From a virus (taxonomy: Duplodnaviria; Heunggongvirae; Uroviricota; Caudoviricetes), in the IMG/VR virus record IMGVR_UViG_3300033068_001610, positions 1 through 64,000 of that record: a stretch of 64,000 nt of DNA, one strand, 5' to 3'. The notes under the pieces were generated by a model. The model was given only the letters and a program-made list of their open reading frames with translations. It searched no databases and was not told the DNA's origin. This document shows, in pieces, positions 25,352 to 33,778 of the stretch. Every line of letters begins with the position of its first letter. Within the stretch, counting starts at the first letter, position 1. The position numbers and the translations under genes are program-made.

Positions 25352-26515
25352 ATGGCTGATTTCTCATTAACCACTGTCTTTGTGGTTCCAGTAGGACAAA
25401 CTGCGCTTCCTAGCTCTGGCTCCACACAAAACCTAACTGCTGGTCAGTTTGGTATTTTCAAGAACGACTACACTCTTGCCACTGCTGGCAACATTGCAGC
25501 TGCTCCTTATTTCTATCTTGCTCAAGGTAGAGCTAACACTTTCTTACAAGGATCCAAAAGATCTGACAAAATTAAAGGATGTGCTACAGCAAATTGCTCT
25601 TCTAATGTAACTGAATGGTATAAAGTAACTGGTTGTGCTACTCCTGCAACGCAAATTACAGATGTTTCTGATTTTGCTGTAACTTGTGGAGAAGTTTTGA
25701 CTTTGACTCTTAGAGCCCATTCTAGCTATATTGATACATTGTATTTCAATGGATTCACACGCTCTGTAACTGTTCAAGCACCTTGTTGTGATTGTGGTGG
25801 TGGAGATCCTTGTACTACTGTTGATACAAGTGCATTGATTGATCAATTGATTACAAAATTAACACAAAATGTAAAAGGAACTAATCCAGATAACATTGGA
25901 TTCAGTACTTTCTATAACTTTGAAAATGTTGGTGGGACCATCCTTCGTATTTCAGCTAAACCATTGACAAAATATGGACAACCATGTGATGTTGCTGCTT
26001 TCCCTTTTGAATATGACAGAATGTATTTCAGAACTTTTGTTTACAGTGGACCAGCTACTACTGCTGACTTTATTGTAGCAGACAACTGTAACATTGTTGC
26101 TAATGCTGTAATTACTCAACGTTCTTCTTATGCTACAGGTACTTCTGAAGAAATTGCTCAACTAGAGAAAAACTTCTATAGCTATCAAGCAGGGTATTTA
26201 AAACACCTTTACAAAATGGCTGGATATAATGAGAATTTTGAAACCTATGTAAATAGTGGTTCAAATTACACTACTTATTATATCAAGTTCAATGAGATTG
26301 ACAAAACTGCACAAAACTGGAATGCAAATCTAGCTACAGATAGTTCTGTAATAGTTGCTGTTGTTACAGGATCTGCAGTTGCCACTGAAATAGAAGGTGT
26401 TCTTGAAGCTGCTCTTGGTACTGTTGTAGACAATAATGCTTGCATTACTACTACTACAACTACTACTGGTGTTCCTCCAACAACTACCACTACTACTTCT
26501 ACACTGATTCCTTAA
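25352..26515 (+). CDS. Cys-rich structural protein with C-terminal poly-Thr tail (capsid decoration/fibre candidate)
   Basis: 387 aa. Elevated GC and biased codons, many Cys, ends TTTTTTGVPPTTTTTTSTLIP. Followed by a strong intrinsic terminator. Confidence 0.45.
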   Translation: MADFSLTTVFVVPVGQTALPSSGSTQNLTAGQFGIFKNDYTLATAGNIAAAPYFYLAQGRANTFLQGSKRSDKIKGCATANCSSNVTEWYKVTGCATPATQITDVSDFAVTCGEVLTLTLRAHSSYIDTLYFNGFTRSVTVQAPCCDCGGGDPCTTVDTSALIDQLITKLTQNVKGTNPDNIGFSTFYNFENVGGTILRISAKPLTKYGQPCDVAAFPFEYDRMYFRTFVYSGPATTADFIVADNCNIVANAVITQRSSYATGTSEEIAQLEKNFYSYQAGYLKHLYKMAGYNENFETYVNSGSNYTTYYIKFNEIDKTAQNWNANLATDSSVIVAVVTGSAVATEIEGVLEAALGTVVDNNACITTTTTTTGVPPTTTTTTSTLIP

Positions 26516-26540
26516 GAAGAAACTGAATTAATATAACCTA

Positions 26541-26590
26541 TGCCAGAGGATAAAGGGATTATTTCTCTGATCCTCTGGCATTTTTATTAT
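26541..26590 (+). terminator. rho-independent terminator
   Basis: 11-bp perfect stem TGCCAGAGGAT / ATCCTCTGGCA with an 18-nt loop, followed by TTTTTATT. Confidence 0.6.
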
Positions 26591-26597
26591 AAATAAT

Positions 26598-27152
26598 ATG
26601 CCAACATTAAAATTAGACTTTGTTGTTATACCAACAAATACTATTAATACACTTGCATTACAAGATAACTCTACTTATCCTGATGATCCTCCAGTAGTAT
26701 CTGCTCCTACAATAGAAATAACAGTACCAGCTTTTAGTACAGTTAGTTTACCTTTTGTAGTGGAAGGATATAATGGATTTAATTCAGGTTCATTAGGGAT
26801 AACTGCAGTGGGTGTATATGAACCTTTACCAGATGGTATATATCATTTTAAATATTCTATTGCACCTGCATATGAAAATTATGTTGAAAAGTCCTTCCTT
26901 CGTACAGATGCACTGCAGATGAGGTTTGATGAGGCTTTCATGACTTTAGATATGATGGAGTGTGATATGGCTATTAAAAAACAATCATTTGTAGATTTGA
27001 TGTCTATTTATTTCTTTATACAGGGTGCTATTGCAGCAGCAAATAACTGTGCAGAAGTTGAAGCAATTAAATTATATAAACAAGCTGATAGAATGTTAAC
27101 CACATTTATTAATCATGATTGTGGTTGTTCTGGAACTAACTATTTAAATTAA
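26598..27152 (+). CDS. hypothetical protein
   Basis: 184-aa ORF ending HDCGCSGTNYLN. Confidence 0.45.
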   Translation: MPTLKLDFVVIPTNTINTLALQDNSTYPDDPPVVSAPTIEITVPAFSTVSLPFVVEGYNGFNSGSLGITAVGVYEPLPDGIYHFKYSIAPAYENYVEKSFLRTDALQMRFDEAFMTLDMMECDMAIKKQSFVDLMSIYFFIQGAIAAANNCAEVEAIKLYKQADRMLTTFINHDCGCSGTNYLN

Positions 27153-27158
27153 AAAATT

Positions 27159-27713
27159 ATGTCATCTGGTATTTATAAAATAACTAATATTGTAAATAAT
27201 AAATTTTACATAGGTAGTAGTACTAGATTATCTGCAAGAAAAGCAGAACATAAATATAGAACTAAAACGCACAAAGGAAATTCAGCAATAAGAAGTGCTA
27301 TAATAAAATATGGAGAAGATAATTTTATCTTTTCTGTTTTAGAAGAATTTGAATTTGGACTATGGGCTAGTAAAGAATATATTAATGATATTTTATCTTC
27401 TAGAGAACAATATTATATTGATATTTTAATGCCTGACTATAATATTAGAAGACAAGATGTAACTAGATCAACAGGGGTTTGTTCTCAAAAACAAAAAGAA
27501 CATTTAAATAAAATAGCTAAACTTCCTAGAGATAGATCTTCTTATAAAAAACCAATTATTCAAAAAGATAAAAATGGAAATTTTTTAAAAGAATTCAGAT
27601 GTGCAAAAGATGCAGAAAAAGAATTAAATTTGTATAAAGGTTCTGTATCTAGAGTTTTATCTAAAGAATATAAACATACTAAAAACTATTATTTTGAACT
27701 TAAATATATATAA
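27159..27713 (+). CDS. GIY-YIG homing endonuclease
   Basis: N-terminus GIYKITNIVNNKFYIGSSTRLSARKAEH matches the GIY-(10)-YIG motif plus conserved R and E. Basic C-terminal DNA-binding region. Confidence 0.8.
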   Translation: MSSGIYKITNIVNNKFYIGSSTRLSARKAEHKYRTKTHKGNSAIRSAIIKYGEDNFIFSVLEEFEFGLWASKEYINDILSSREQYYIDILMPDYNIRRQDVTRSTGVCSQKQKEHLNKIAKLPRDRSSYKKPIIQKDKNGNFLKEFRCAKDAEKELNLYKGSVSRVLSKEYKHTKNYYFELKYI

Positions 27714-27715
27714 AA

Positions 27716-27853
27716 ATGTCAGCAACATGTAAAAACTGTGGAGCGCAAGTGGGTTGTGGGTGTCAATTAAAAAATGGACTTTGTACATATTGTCAAGGTA
27801 AATTATCAACAGCTGTAAATACAAACAATAATGTTGTTTCCCAAACTAACTAA
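27716..27853 (+). CDS. small Cys-rich peptide (45 aa) or N-terminal fragment of the frameshifted downstream gene
   Basis: Unlisted ORF MSATCKNCGAQVGCGCQLKNGLCTYCQGKLSTAVNTNNNVVSQTN. Resembles N-termini MSCTNCFNGC (28485) and MSCQDPCSNK (29597). Overlaps the 27831 ORF in the +1 frame. Confidence 0.3.
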   Translation: MSATCKNCGAQVGCGCQLKNGLCTYCQGKLSTAVNTNNNVVSQTN

Positions 27854-28472
27854 TAGTCCACAATGTGCAGAAATTCCTGCATTATTAGAGAATATAGACT
27901 GTGCACTTGCTAAACTATCTATTGAGTTGTATAACAATACAATATATATGTTTAATAAGCGTGTAGATAGTTATTCTATATTTGCTCTTTTGGAATATAA
28001 AAAAATATTGACAATTAAATATTGTGAGCCAGATTATCTTTCTTGTTTTACAATACCAATGATAGCAAGTAAAGTTAAAAAACTTTCTTTAAATTGTAAG
28101 AGTAAGTGTGTTGAACAAATAATTTTGACCACTACAACTACTACAACTGTAGCTCCTACGACTACAACTACAACAACAGTAGTACCAACTACCACTACAA
28201 CTACAACATCTAATTGTATATCTTGGATATACAATGTATCTTTGTATCTTTGTGAGGATTGTTCTGCTACAGGAGGAGGAAGCATGAATAACTTTGAACC
28301 ATTAACAATTGGTAAATGGTATAATTATAATGGATTTAAAATGCAAGTTAATTCATTAATAACTTGTTCTGCAGGAGACCCTGTTGAAACTATATTAGAT
28401 TCAAGTGGAACTAATACTTGTGGAGAATTAGTGTGCCCTCCAACAACGACAACAACAACAACAATAATTTAA
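27831..28472 (+). CDS. modular poly-Thr-linker protein (receptor-binding cassette member)
   Basis: 213 aa. Helix IDCALAKLSIELYNNTIY similar to the 29597 protein, then TTTTTTVAPTTTTTTTVVPTTTTTTTS, a ~75-aa Cys module, then PPTTTTTTTII. Confidence 0.45.
   Translation: MLFPKLTNSPQCAEIPALLENIDCALAKLSIELYNNTIYMFNKRVDSYSIFALLEYKKILTIKYCEPDYLSCFTIPMIASKVKKLSLNCKSKCVEQIILTTTTTTTVAPTTTTTTTVVPTTTTTTTSNCISWIYNVSLYLCEDCSATGGGSMNNFEPLTIGKWYNYNGFKMQVNSLITCSAGDPVETILDSSGTNTCGELVCPPTTTTTTTII
28127..28210 (+). repeat. ACN-codon tandem repeats (~27-30 nt units) encoding (V/A)PTTTTTTT
   Basis: Visible imperfect tandem repetition of acaactac/actacaac units. Confidence 0.6.
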
Positions 28473-28484
28473 AAAATCAATAAT

Positions 28485-29585
28485 ATGTCATGTACTAATT
28501 GCTTTAATGGTTGTGTAGAAACAACAAGCGATAAATGTGTAAAATATACTGGAATAGATATTCCATTATTAGGAATAAGTAATGGAGATACTTTAATCAG
28601 TGTTGAAGCAAATATTACTACTTATTTATTATCTGCACTAAATGGAACAGGAATAGTTCCTTATATCAACCCAGCATCATTATGTGCCCTTGTATCAAGT
28701 TATTTACCTGGTAGTGGCACTGTAACATTAATTAATATAATTGATGCCTTAATTAAGTCTATTTGCGATTTACAAACTCAAGTGAGTGGAAATACTTCTA
28801 CTTTGAATGTTTTAAATGCAAATTATACAATTGGATGTTTGACAGGAGTTACAGCTTCCTCAGATACTCATGATATTCTTCAGGCAACAATAACTAAAGT
28901 TTGCTCAGTTAGTTCTGCTCTTACAGCTCTTGCTTTAGATGTAGTTACTAATTATGTTGCAATTGCAGATATCGACACATATATTCAAGCCTATTTAGAT
29001 TCTATTGGTGGTGGAGGAGGTTCTCCAACTACACTAATGAAAGATAAAATGGTTCCTTACACTGTTGTAGAATATTATGGTTCATTAACTAATTTTGATG
29101 GTTCTGGTAAAGGAACTGGAGATTGGGATAAAATCTATCTTTGTAATGGTAGTAATGGTACTCCTGATAAAAGAGGTAGAGTTGGTGTTGGAGTGACAGA
29201 TGGTTCTATGTTGGGACTTACAATGTCTCCTTCTGTTAACCCTTCTACTCCAGGAAATCCAAACTATTCTTTGAATGCTCCTTTTGGCAGTAACACTGTT
29301 ACATTAACAAGTGCAGCTCAAATTCCATCACACACACATAATCCTACAGTAATATTAACAGATCCTGGTCATACCCATACTACTGAAATAGGTGGATATA
29401 GTGATGCAAACACTTCAGGAACTTCTTATACTTGGGTTCAGAAAGGAACAGGAGTTTATCTCCCTTCTTCTTCATCTCCTACAGGTATTACAGTGGCAGT
29501 CACTAATGGATACACAGGAGGAACAGAGTCTCATGCAAACATTCAGCCTAGCCTTGGTTGTTATTACATAATGTATATCCCATAA
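28485..29585 (+). CDS. phage tail-collar-domain protein (tail fibre/receptor-binding)
   Basis: WDKIYLCNGSNGTPDKRGRVGVGV and IPSHTHNPTVILTDPGHTHT match the tail-collar signatures (W..CDG...PDLRGRF..G; HTH). Cys-knot N-terminus MSCTNCFNGC. Confidence 0.65.
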   Translation: MSCTNCFNGCVETTSDKCVKYTGIDIPLLGISNGDTLISVEANITTYLLSALNGTGIVPYINPASLCALVSSYLPGSGTVTLINIIDALIKSICDLQTQVSGNTSTLNVLNANYTIGCLTGVTASSDTHDILQATITKVCSVSSALTALALDVVTNYVAIADIDTYIQAYLDSIGGGGGSPTTLMKDKMVPYTVVEYYGSLTNFDGSGKGTGDWDKIYLCNGSNGTPDKRGRVGVGVTDGSMLGLTMSPSVNPSTPGNPNYSLNAPFGSNTVTLTSAAQIPSHTHNPTVILTDPGHTHTTEIGGYSDANTSGTSYTWVQKGTGVYLPSSSSPTGITVAVTNGYTGGTESHANIQPSLGCYYIMYIP

Positions 29586-29596
29586 AAAACCAATTT

Positions 29597-30109
29597 ATGA
29601 GTTGTCAAGATCCTTGCTCAAATAAAACATCATCTGATGATGTATCTTATGTTGGCCCAAATTTACCAGGTACAGGAATTCAAACTTGTAATGATCTTAC
29701 TTTGGCTATACAGAAATTAGATAATAAAATTATTCAATTACAGAATGAAATATATCGCACAACAACAACCACAACTACAACTCTAACACCACCTACTACT
29801 ACAACTACTACAACAATAACACCTACAACCACAACTACTACTAGTTCTACAACAACTACTACTAGTTCAACCACTACAACAACTACAAGTTCAACCACCA
29901 CCACTACAACTACAATGGCTCCAATGACATGTAAAACATTTACATTATTGACCACTGAGAACAGTGCAAGTTGGTTAGCAGAAGATTGTTTAGGTAATGT
30001 AGTTGGAGGTATGATTTTACTAGCAGGTACTACAGTGGTAACAGGTTGTATTTGGAATAATACATTAGAATTATATGGTATGACAATCATATCACAAACA
30101 GAATGTTAA
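29597..30109 (+). CDS. modular poly-Thr-linker protein (start at internal Met MSCQDPC)
   Basis: Paralogous N-terminus to the 28485/27716 ORFs. A 60-aa Thr/Ser linker then a 65-aa Cys module ending ...ISQTEC. Confidence 0.45.
   Translation: MSCQDPCSNKTSSDDVSYVGPNLPGTGIQTCNDLTLAIQKLDNKIIQLQNEIYRTTTTTTTTLTPPTTTTTTTITPTTTTTTSSTTTTTSSTTTTTTSSTTTTTTTMAPMTCKTFTLLTTENSASWLAEDCLGNVVGGMILLAGTTVVTGCIWNNTLELYGMTIISQTEC
29761..29918 (+). repeat. extended ACN-codon tandem repeat tract (poly-Thr/Ser linker)
   Basis: About 160 nt of acaac(t/c)ac-type repeats. Confidence 0.6.
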
Positions 30110-30119
30110 AAATAAACCA

Positions 30120-31766
30120 ATGACAGCAGTAATAACATTAACTTTAGCAGGAGCAGATACAGGACCATTTAATTTGTATTCAAATGTAGATGGTTATATA
30201 TCTGCTTTTGCAAATAATATAACAAGAGACCAATTACTTGCAGGATATGCAACAGATGCTTTACCAGATTTTACAACTATAGTAAAAATTAAATCTATTG
30301 GAGAATGTCTGAATTCTGTTAATGTAATTGTTCCTCCTCAATCTTGCTACAATTTTCTTCCTGTAGATTCCTATTATTTGCTTAGTAATATTTCTAAAGC
30401 TGATACTGGATATTTCTATGGGTATTTCCCAGATGGGTATGTAGAAAATGATATTCCTACTACATTCAAAAATTTAATCAAGCTTAATCCAGATCTTACT
30501 ATAGATACAAATTTTAATGTAGGAGTTGGGTTTGATGAAATATTGTACACAGGATCTTCTATTCTTGAACAGCCAGATGGTAAAATTGTAGTGACAGGTA
30601 CTTTCTTGACATATCAGGGGGTAACTAAAAACAGAATAGTTAGACTCAACACTGATGCTAGTATTGATGCTACATTTGTTACTGGTACAGGATTTGATGG
30701 ATTTACACAAAAGCCAGGGATTGATTCTAATGGCTCAATTATAGTTACAGGGATATTCAATAATTACAATGGTACTTCTAGTCCTAGAATAGCTAGATTA
30801 CTTTCAGATGGAACATTAGATCCTAGTTTTGTTATTGGATCAGGATTTAATAATACCACTACAGATGTTTTAGTTAATCCAGACAATTCAATGTTTGTTC
30901 TTGGATACTTTGATACATACAATGGTGTACCAGTATCTCCTGGAATAGTTAAATTATTGGAAGATGGTTCTATAGATCCTTCTTTTAATGCAGGTACAGG
31001 AATTAGTCCTTATTCTCCAAACAATGCAAATTATTTTATGAGAATTCCTGGAGAAACATCCTTTTATGTAGGAGGATATCTCACTGACTATAATGGCACC
31101 ACTATATCAGGTATTATTAAATTAAATATGGATGGTACTGTTGACACATCTTTTAACTCAGGTACAGGATTTGATTCTTTTCCTTTGTACAATATGCTAG
31201 TTATATGGGGGGATAAGCTTTTAATTGAAGGATATTTCTTAGATTATAATGGAACTCCTACTAATTATGCAATTATTCTTAATGCAGATGGTACAGTGTA
31301 TTATACTTTTGATCTAGTATATGTGAGCCCTATTGTAATTGGTAACAATCTTTTTGCAGCAGAGTATAGTGATTGTTTAAAATTATTACATACATTTACA
31401 CCAAGTACAACAACTACCACTACTACTACAGTAATATTAGATTGTACAATAGATGGAACAGCTATAATTCAACTAATACCTACAACTACAACAACTACTA
31501 CATTACCAGTATCATATGCTGTAAATGTAACAACAGATAGTTGGGTTGATAATGCATCAGCATGTTCTAGTTATTTAACAATAGACTTAGACTTACATAG
31601 TCCTGATAGTGTAATTACTCCTGGTAGTACAATATTATATACTGATATGGCTCTAACAACCCCTTATACTGGATTAGGTTTATATCACATAACATCATAT
31701 GGAGGAATAGTGTCTATAGTAATTGAAGCAACAGGATTAGTAACAGAATATGGAACACCATGTTAA
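30120..31766 (+). CDS. receptor-binding protein with delta-60-like beta-propeller repeats and C-terminal Cys module
   Basis: At least 6 tandem ~50-aa repeats (G.GFD...DGKIVVTGTF..Y.G.....I.RLN.DGS.D.SF). Shared N-terminal domain MTAVITLTLAGADTGPFNLYSNVDGYISAF. Two poly-Thr linkers. Confidence 0.55.
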   Translation: MTAVITLTLAGADTGPFNLYSNVDGYISAFANNITRDQLLAGYATDALPDFTTIVKIKSIGECLNSVNVIVPPQSCYNFLPVDSYYLLSNISKADTGYFYGYFPDGYVENDIPTTFKNLIKLNPDLTIDTNFNVGVGFDEILYTGSSILEQPDGKIVVTGTFLTYQGVTKNRIVRLNTDASIDATFVTGTGFDGFTQKPGIDSNGSIIVTGIFNNYNGTSSPRIARLLSDGTLDPSFVIGSGFNNTTTDVLVNPDNSMFVLGYFDTYNGVPVSPGIVKLLEDGSIDPSFNAGTGISPYSPNNANYFMRIPGETSFYVGGYLTDYNGTTISGIIKLNMDGTVDTSFNSGTGFDSFPLYNMLVIWGDKLLIEGYFLDYNGTPTNYAIILNADGTVYYTFDLVYVSPIVIGNNLFAAEYSDCLKLLHTFTPSTTTTTTTTVILDCTIDGTAIIQLIPTTTTTTTLPVSYAVNVTTDSWVDNASACSSYLTIDLDLHSPDSVITPGSTILYTDMALTTPYTGLGLYHITSYGGIVSIVIEATGLVTEYGTPC

Positions 31767-31787
31767 TCATAATTTAAAAAATAAAAA

Positions 31788-32363
31788 ATGACAGTATTAA
31801 TAACATTAACAGCAGCAGGAACAGACTCAGGTCCTTTTAATCTATATTCAAATTTAGATGGATATATCACTGCTTTTGAAACAGGGGTAAGTAAAGCTTC
31901 TTTATTAGGTGGGTATACTTCTGTAGTGGTGCCTGATTACACAACATCAATAAGAGTAAAATCTACAGGAGATTGTGTTAATTATATAGACATTGTACTA
32001 GTAGGACTCACTACAACTACAACAACTACAGTGGCTCCTACAACTACCACTACAACAACAGCTGAACCAACTACAACAACTACAACTACAGAAACACCTA
32101 CAACAACAACTACCACTACAGCAGCACCAATTTCACAGGATATTTTATTAGGATATAGTGGTGCAGATAGTGCAACATCTTGTACTAATATTGCAACACC
32201 TGTAACAAAATATATTCCATATGGACAAGATTGGATGGTAGTAACTTTCTTATATGAAAATGCTTCTCCAGACACAACACCAGCTATTCCTGGTTATTAC
32301 TCAGATGGTGCTAAATGGTACTTCTGGGATGGAGCTACATTCTCATCTACAGGATTCTGTTAA
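31788..32363 (+). CDS. short paralog of the 30120 protein: shared N-terminal anchor domain + 4 x PTTTTTTT repeats + Cys module
   Basis: MTVLITLTAAGTDSGPFNLYSNLDGYITAF aligns with the 30120 N-terminus. Ends ...SSTGFC. Confidence 0.5.
   Translation: MTVLITLTAAGTDSGPFNLYSNLDGYITAFETGVSKASLLGGYTSVVVPDYTTSIRVKSTGDCVNYIDIVLVGLTTTTTTTVAPTTTTTTTAEPTTTTTTTETPTTTTTTTAAPISQDILLGYSGADSATSCTNIATPVTKYIPYGQDWMVVTFLYENASPDTTPAIPGYYSDGAKWYFWDGATFSSTGFC
32003..32122 (+). repeat. 4 tandem 30-nt repeats encoding xxPTTTTTTT
   Basis: Units beginning acaactac.../actacaac... each end in gctcct/gaacca/acacct/gcacca. Confidence 0.65.
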
Positions 32364-32405
32364 AAATAATAAAAAATCATAGTTTATTGGTTTTCTGTGT
32401 TTTTT

Positions 32406-32440
32406 CTCCTCAAGTTTATTCTTGGGGAGTTTTTGTTTTA
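32406..32440 (+). terminator. rho-independent terminator
   Basis: CTCCTCAAG-TTTATT-CTTGGGGAG (9-bp stem with one G.U) followed by TTTTTGTTTT. Confidence 0.65.
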
Positions 32441-32542
32441 ACTAGATTGATTATCAGTAATAACCATTCTAGTTAAATATATTTGGTATATATAAAAATA
32501 ATTTTTTATCTTTACCATATTTTTTAATTAATAAATGTAACT

Positions 32543-33766
32543 ATGAGTCACAATCAGAATTTATTACAGGAATTAGAAGAATTGTTGAGTAGAAAAAGAA
32601 GTAAAAAATTCTATGCTGAGAAGCTAGGAATAAGTGAAGAAGAAGTTAATCTTCTTTTAAAAGAGTTAAGAAACAAAGAGGAAGAAATACCTTTAACATA
32701 TCCTTCTCCAACTGGAGAAATAAGAAAAGTAAATTTAGAAAAAGGTACAATTGAAAGTAGAATTTCAACAACCTTTGAACCAAAGAATGACATTGAATTA
32801 GCAGCATTACACAAAATAGACTTAAGTAAATATGTTATTACAAATTACTGGTCTAAACTACAACCCAATGGAAGTTTCACTTCCTCAGTTTTTTCAAAAA
32901 GAAAACAACCAGAAGATTATTCAATTGAAGATTTTAAAAAGTTTTTAGAGGGATTTACCCCTAAAACTATTACAATCACAAAAGTAAGTACAGACTTTGA
33001 TAAAGATTTTGTTGATATTGAATTATCACTCTCTGATTATCATCTAGCAAAAAAACATATTGATGGGGATAATGACCCACAAACAAGAACTTCCAGATAC
33101 TACAACACAGCTGTAAGTCTTATTAAAAAAACTAGAGCTATCTATAATTTAGATACAATAGTTTTCCCAATATCAAATGACTTCTTTCATACAGATAATA
33201 TACAAAATCAAACTACAAATGGTACTCCACAAGATACAATTCTTGAATATCATTCTGAATATGAATTAGGATTTGCTTTACTAGTAGATACTATCAATAT
33301 GTTAAGAGGTAATGGTAATAATGTAAAAGTAGTTTTAGTACAGGGAAATCATGACAGAACTAAATCTTTTTATTTAGCTCATGCACTTGAGGTTTATTTT
33401 AAAGATGCTTTTGATGTTGAATTTATTAGAGAACACTCAACTATAAAAGGAGTAACATTGGGAAATACATTTATAGGGTGGCATCATGGAAATTGCAAAA
33501 TAGATGACCTCCCTTTATTATTTGCTACAAGCCCTAAATATAGTTCTATGTTTGGTGATGCAATGTACAGGGAAGTTCATACAGGAGATAAACATCACTA
33601 TATGGCTAAAGAAGTCAAAGGAGTAAGAATACAACAAATGCCTAGCTTATCTGGAACAGATAAATGGCATTCAGATAATAATTTTGTAAATAGTGTACGA
33701 GCAGCTCTAGTTTTAGTATATGATAAAATAACAGGAAAAACTGCAGAGTTTGAGTCTCGTTTATAA
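32543..33766 (+). CDS. calcineurin-like metallophosphoesterase (SbcD/Mre11- or PPP-like) with ~160-aa N-terminal domain
   Basis: Motifs in order: SDYHL (DxH), ISNDFFHTDN (GD..D-like), VVLVQGNHDRT (GNHD), IGWHHGN, HTGDKHH (GH.H). 407 aa. Confidence 0.6.
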   Translation: MSHNQNLLQELEELLSRKRSKKFYAEKLGISEEEVNLLLKELRNKEEEIPLTYPSPTGEIRKVNLEKGTIESRISTTFEPKNDIELAALHKIDLSKYVITNYWSKLQPNGSFTSSVFSKRKQPEDYSIEDFKKFLEGFTPKTITITKVSTDFDKDFVDIELSLSDYHLAKKHIDGDNDPQTRTSRYYNTAVSLIKKTRAIYNLDTIVFPISNDFFHTDNIQNQTTNGTPQDTILEYHSEYELGFALLVDTINMLRGNGNNVKVVLVQGNHDRTKSFYLAHALEVYFKDAFDVEFIREHSTIKGVTLGNTFIGWHHGNCKIDDLPLLFATSPKYSSMFGDAMYREVHTGDKHHYMAKEVKGVRIQQMPSLSGTDKWHSDNNFVNSVRAALVLVYDKITGKTAEFESRL

Positions 33767-33778
33767 ATAAATTGTAAA

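Noticed and set aside
28127-32122. Tandem DNA repeats considered as possible CRISPR array
   Set aside because: Units are imperfect, contiguous (no unique spacers) and in-frame inside coding sequence, encoding PTTTTTTT linkers. Not a repeat-spacer architecture.
26278-32275. Minus-strand ORFs full of poly-Val (26278-26490, 28034-28285, 29734-30090, 31982-32275)
   Set aside because: They are the reverse complements of the ACN-codon poly-Thr linker repeats inside well-supported plus-strand genes. Low-complexity antisense artefacts.
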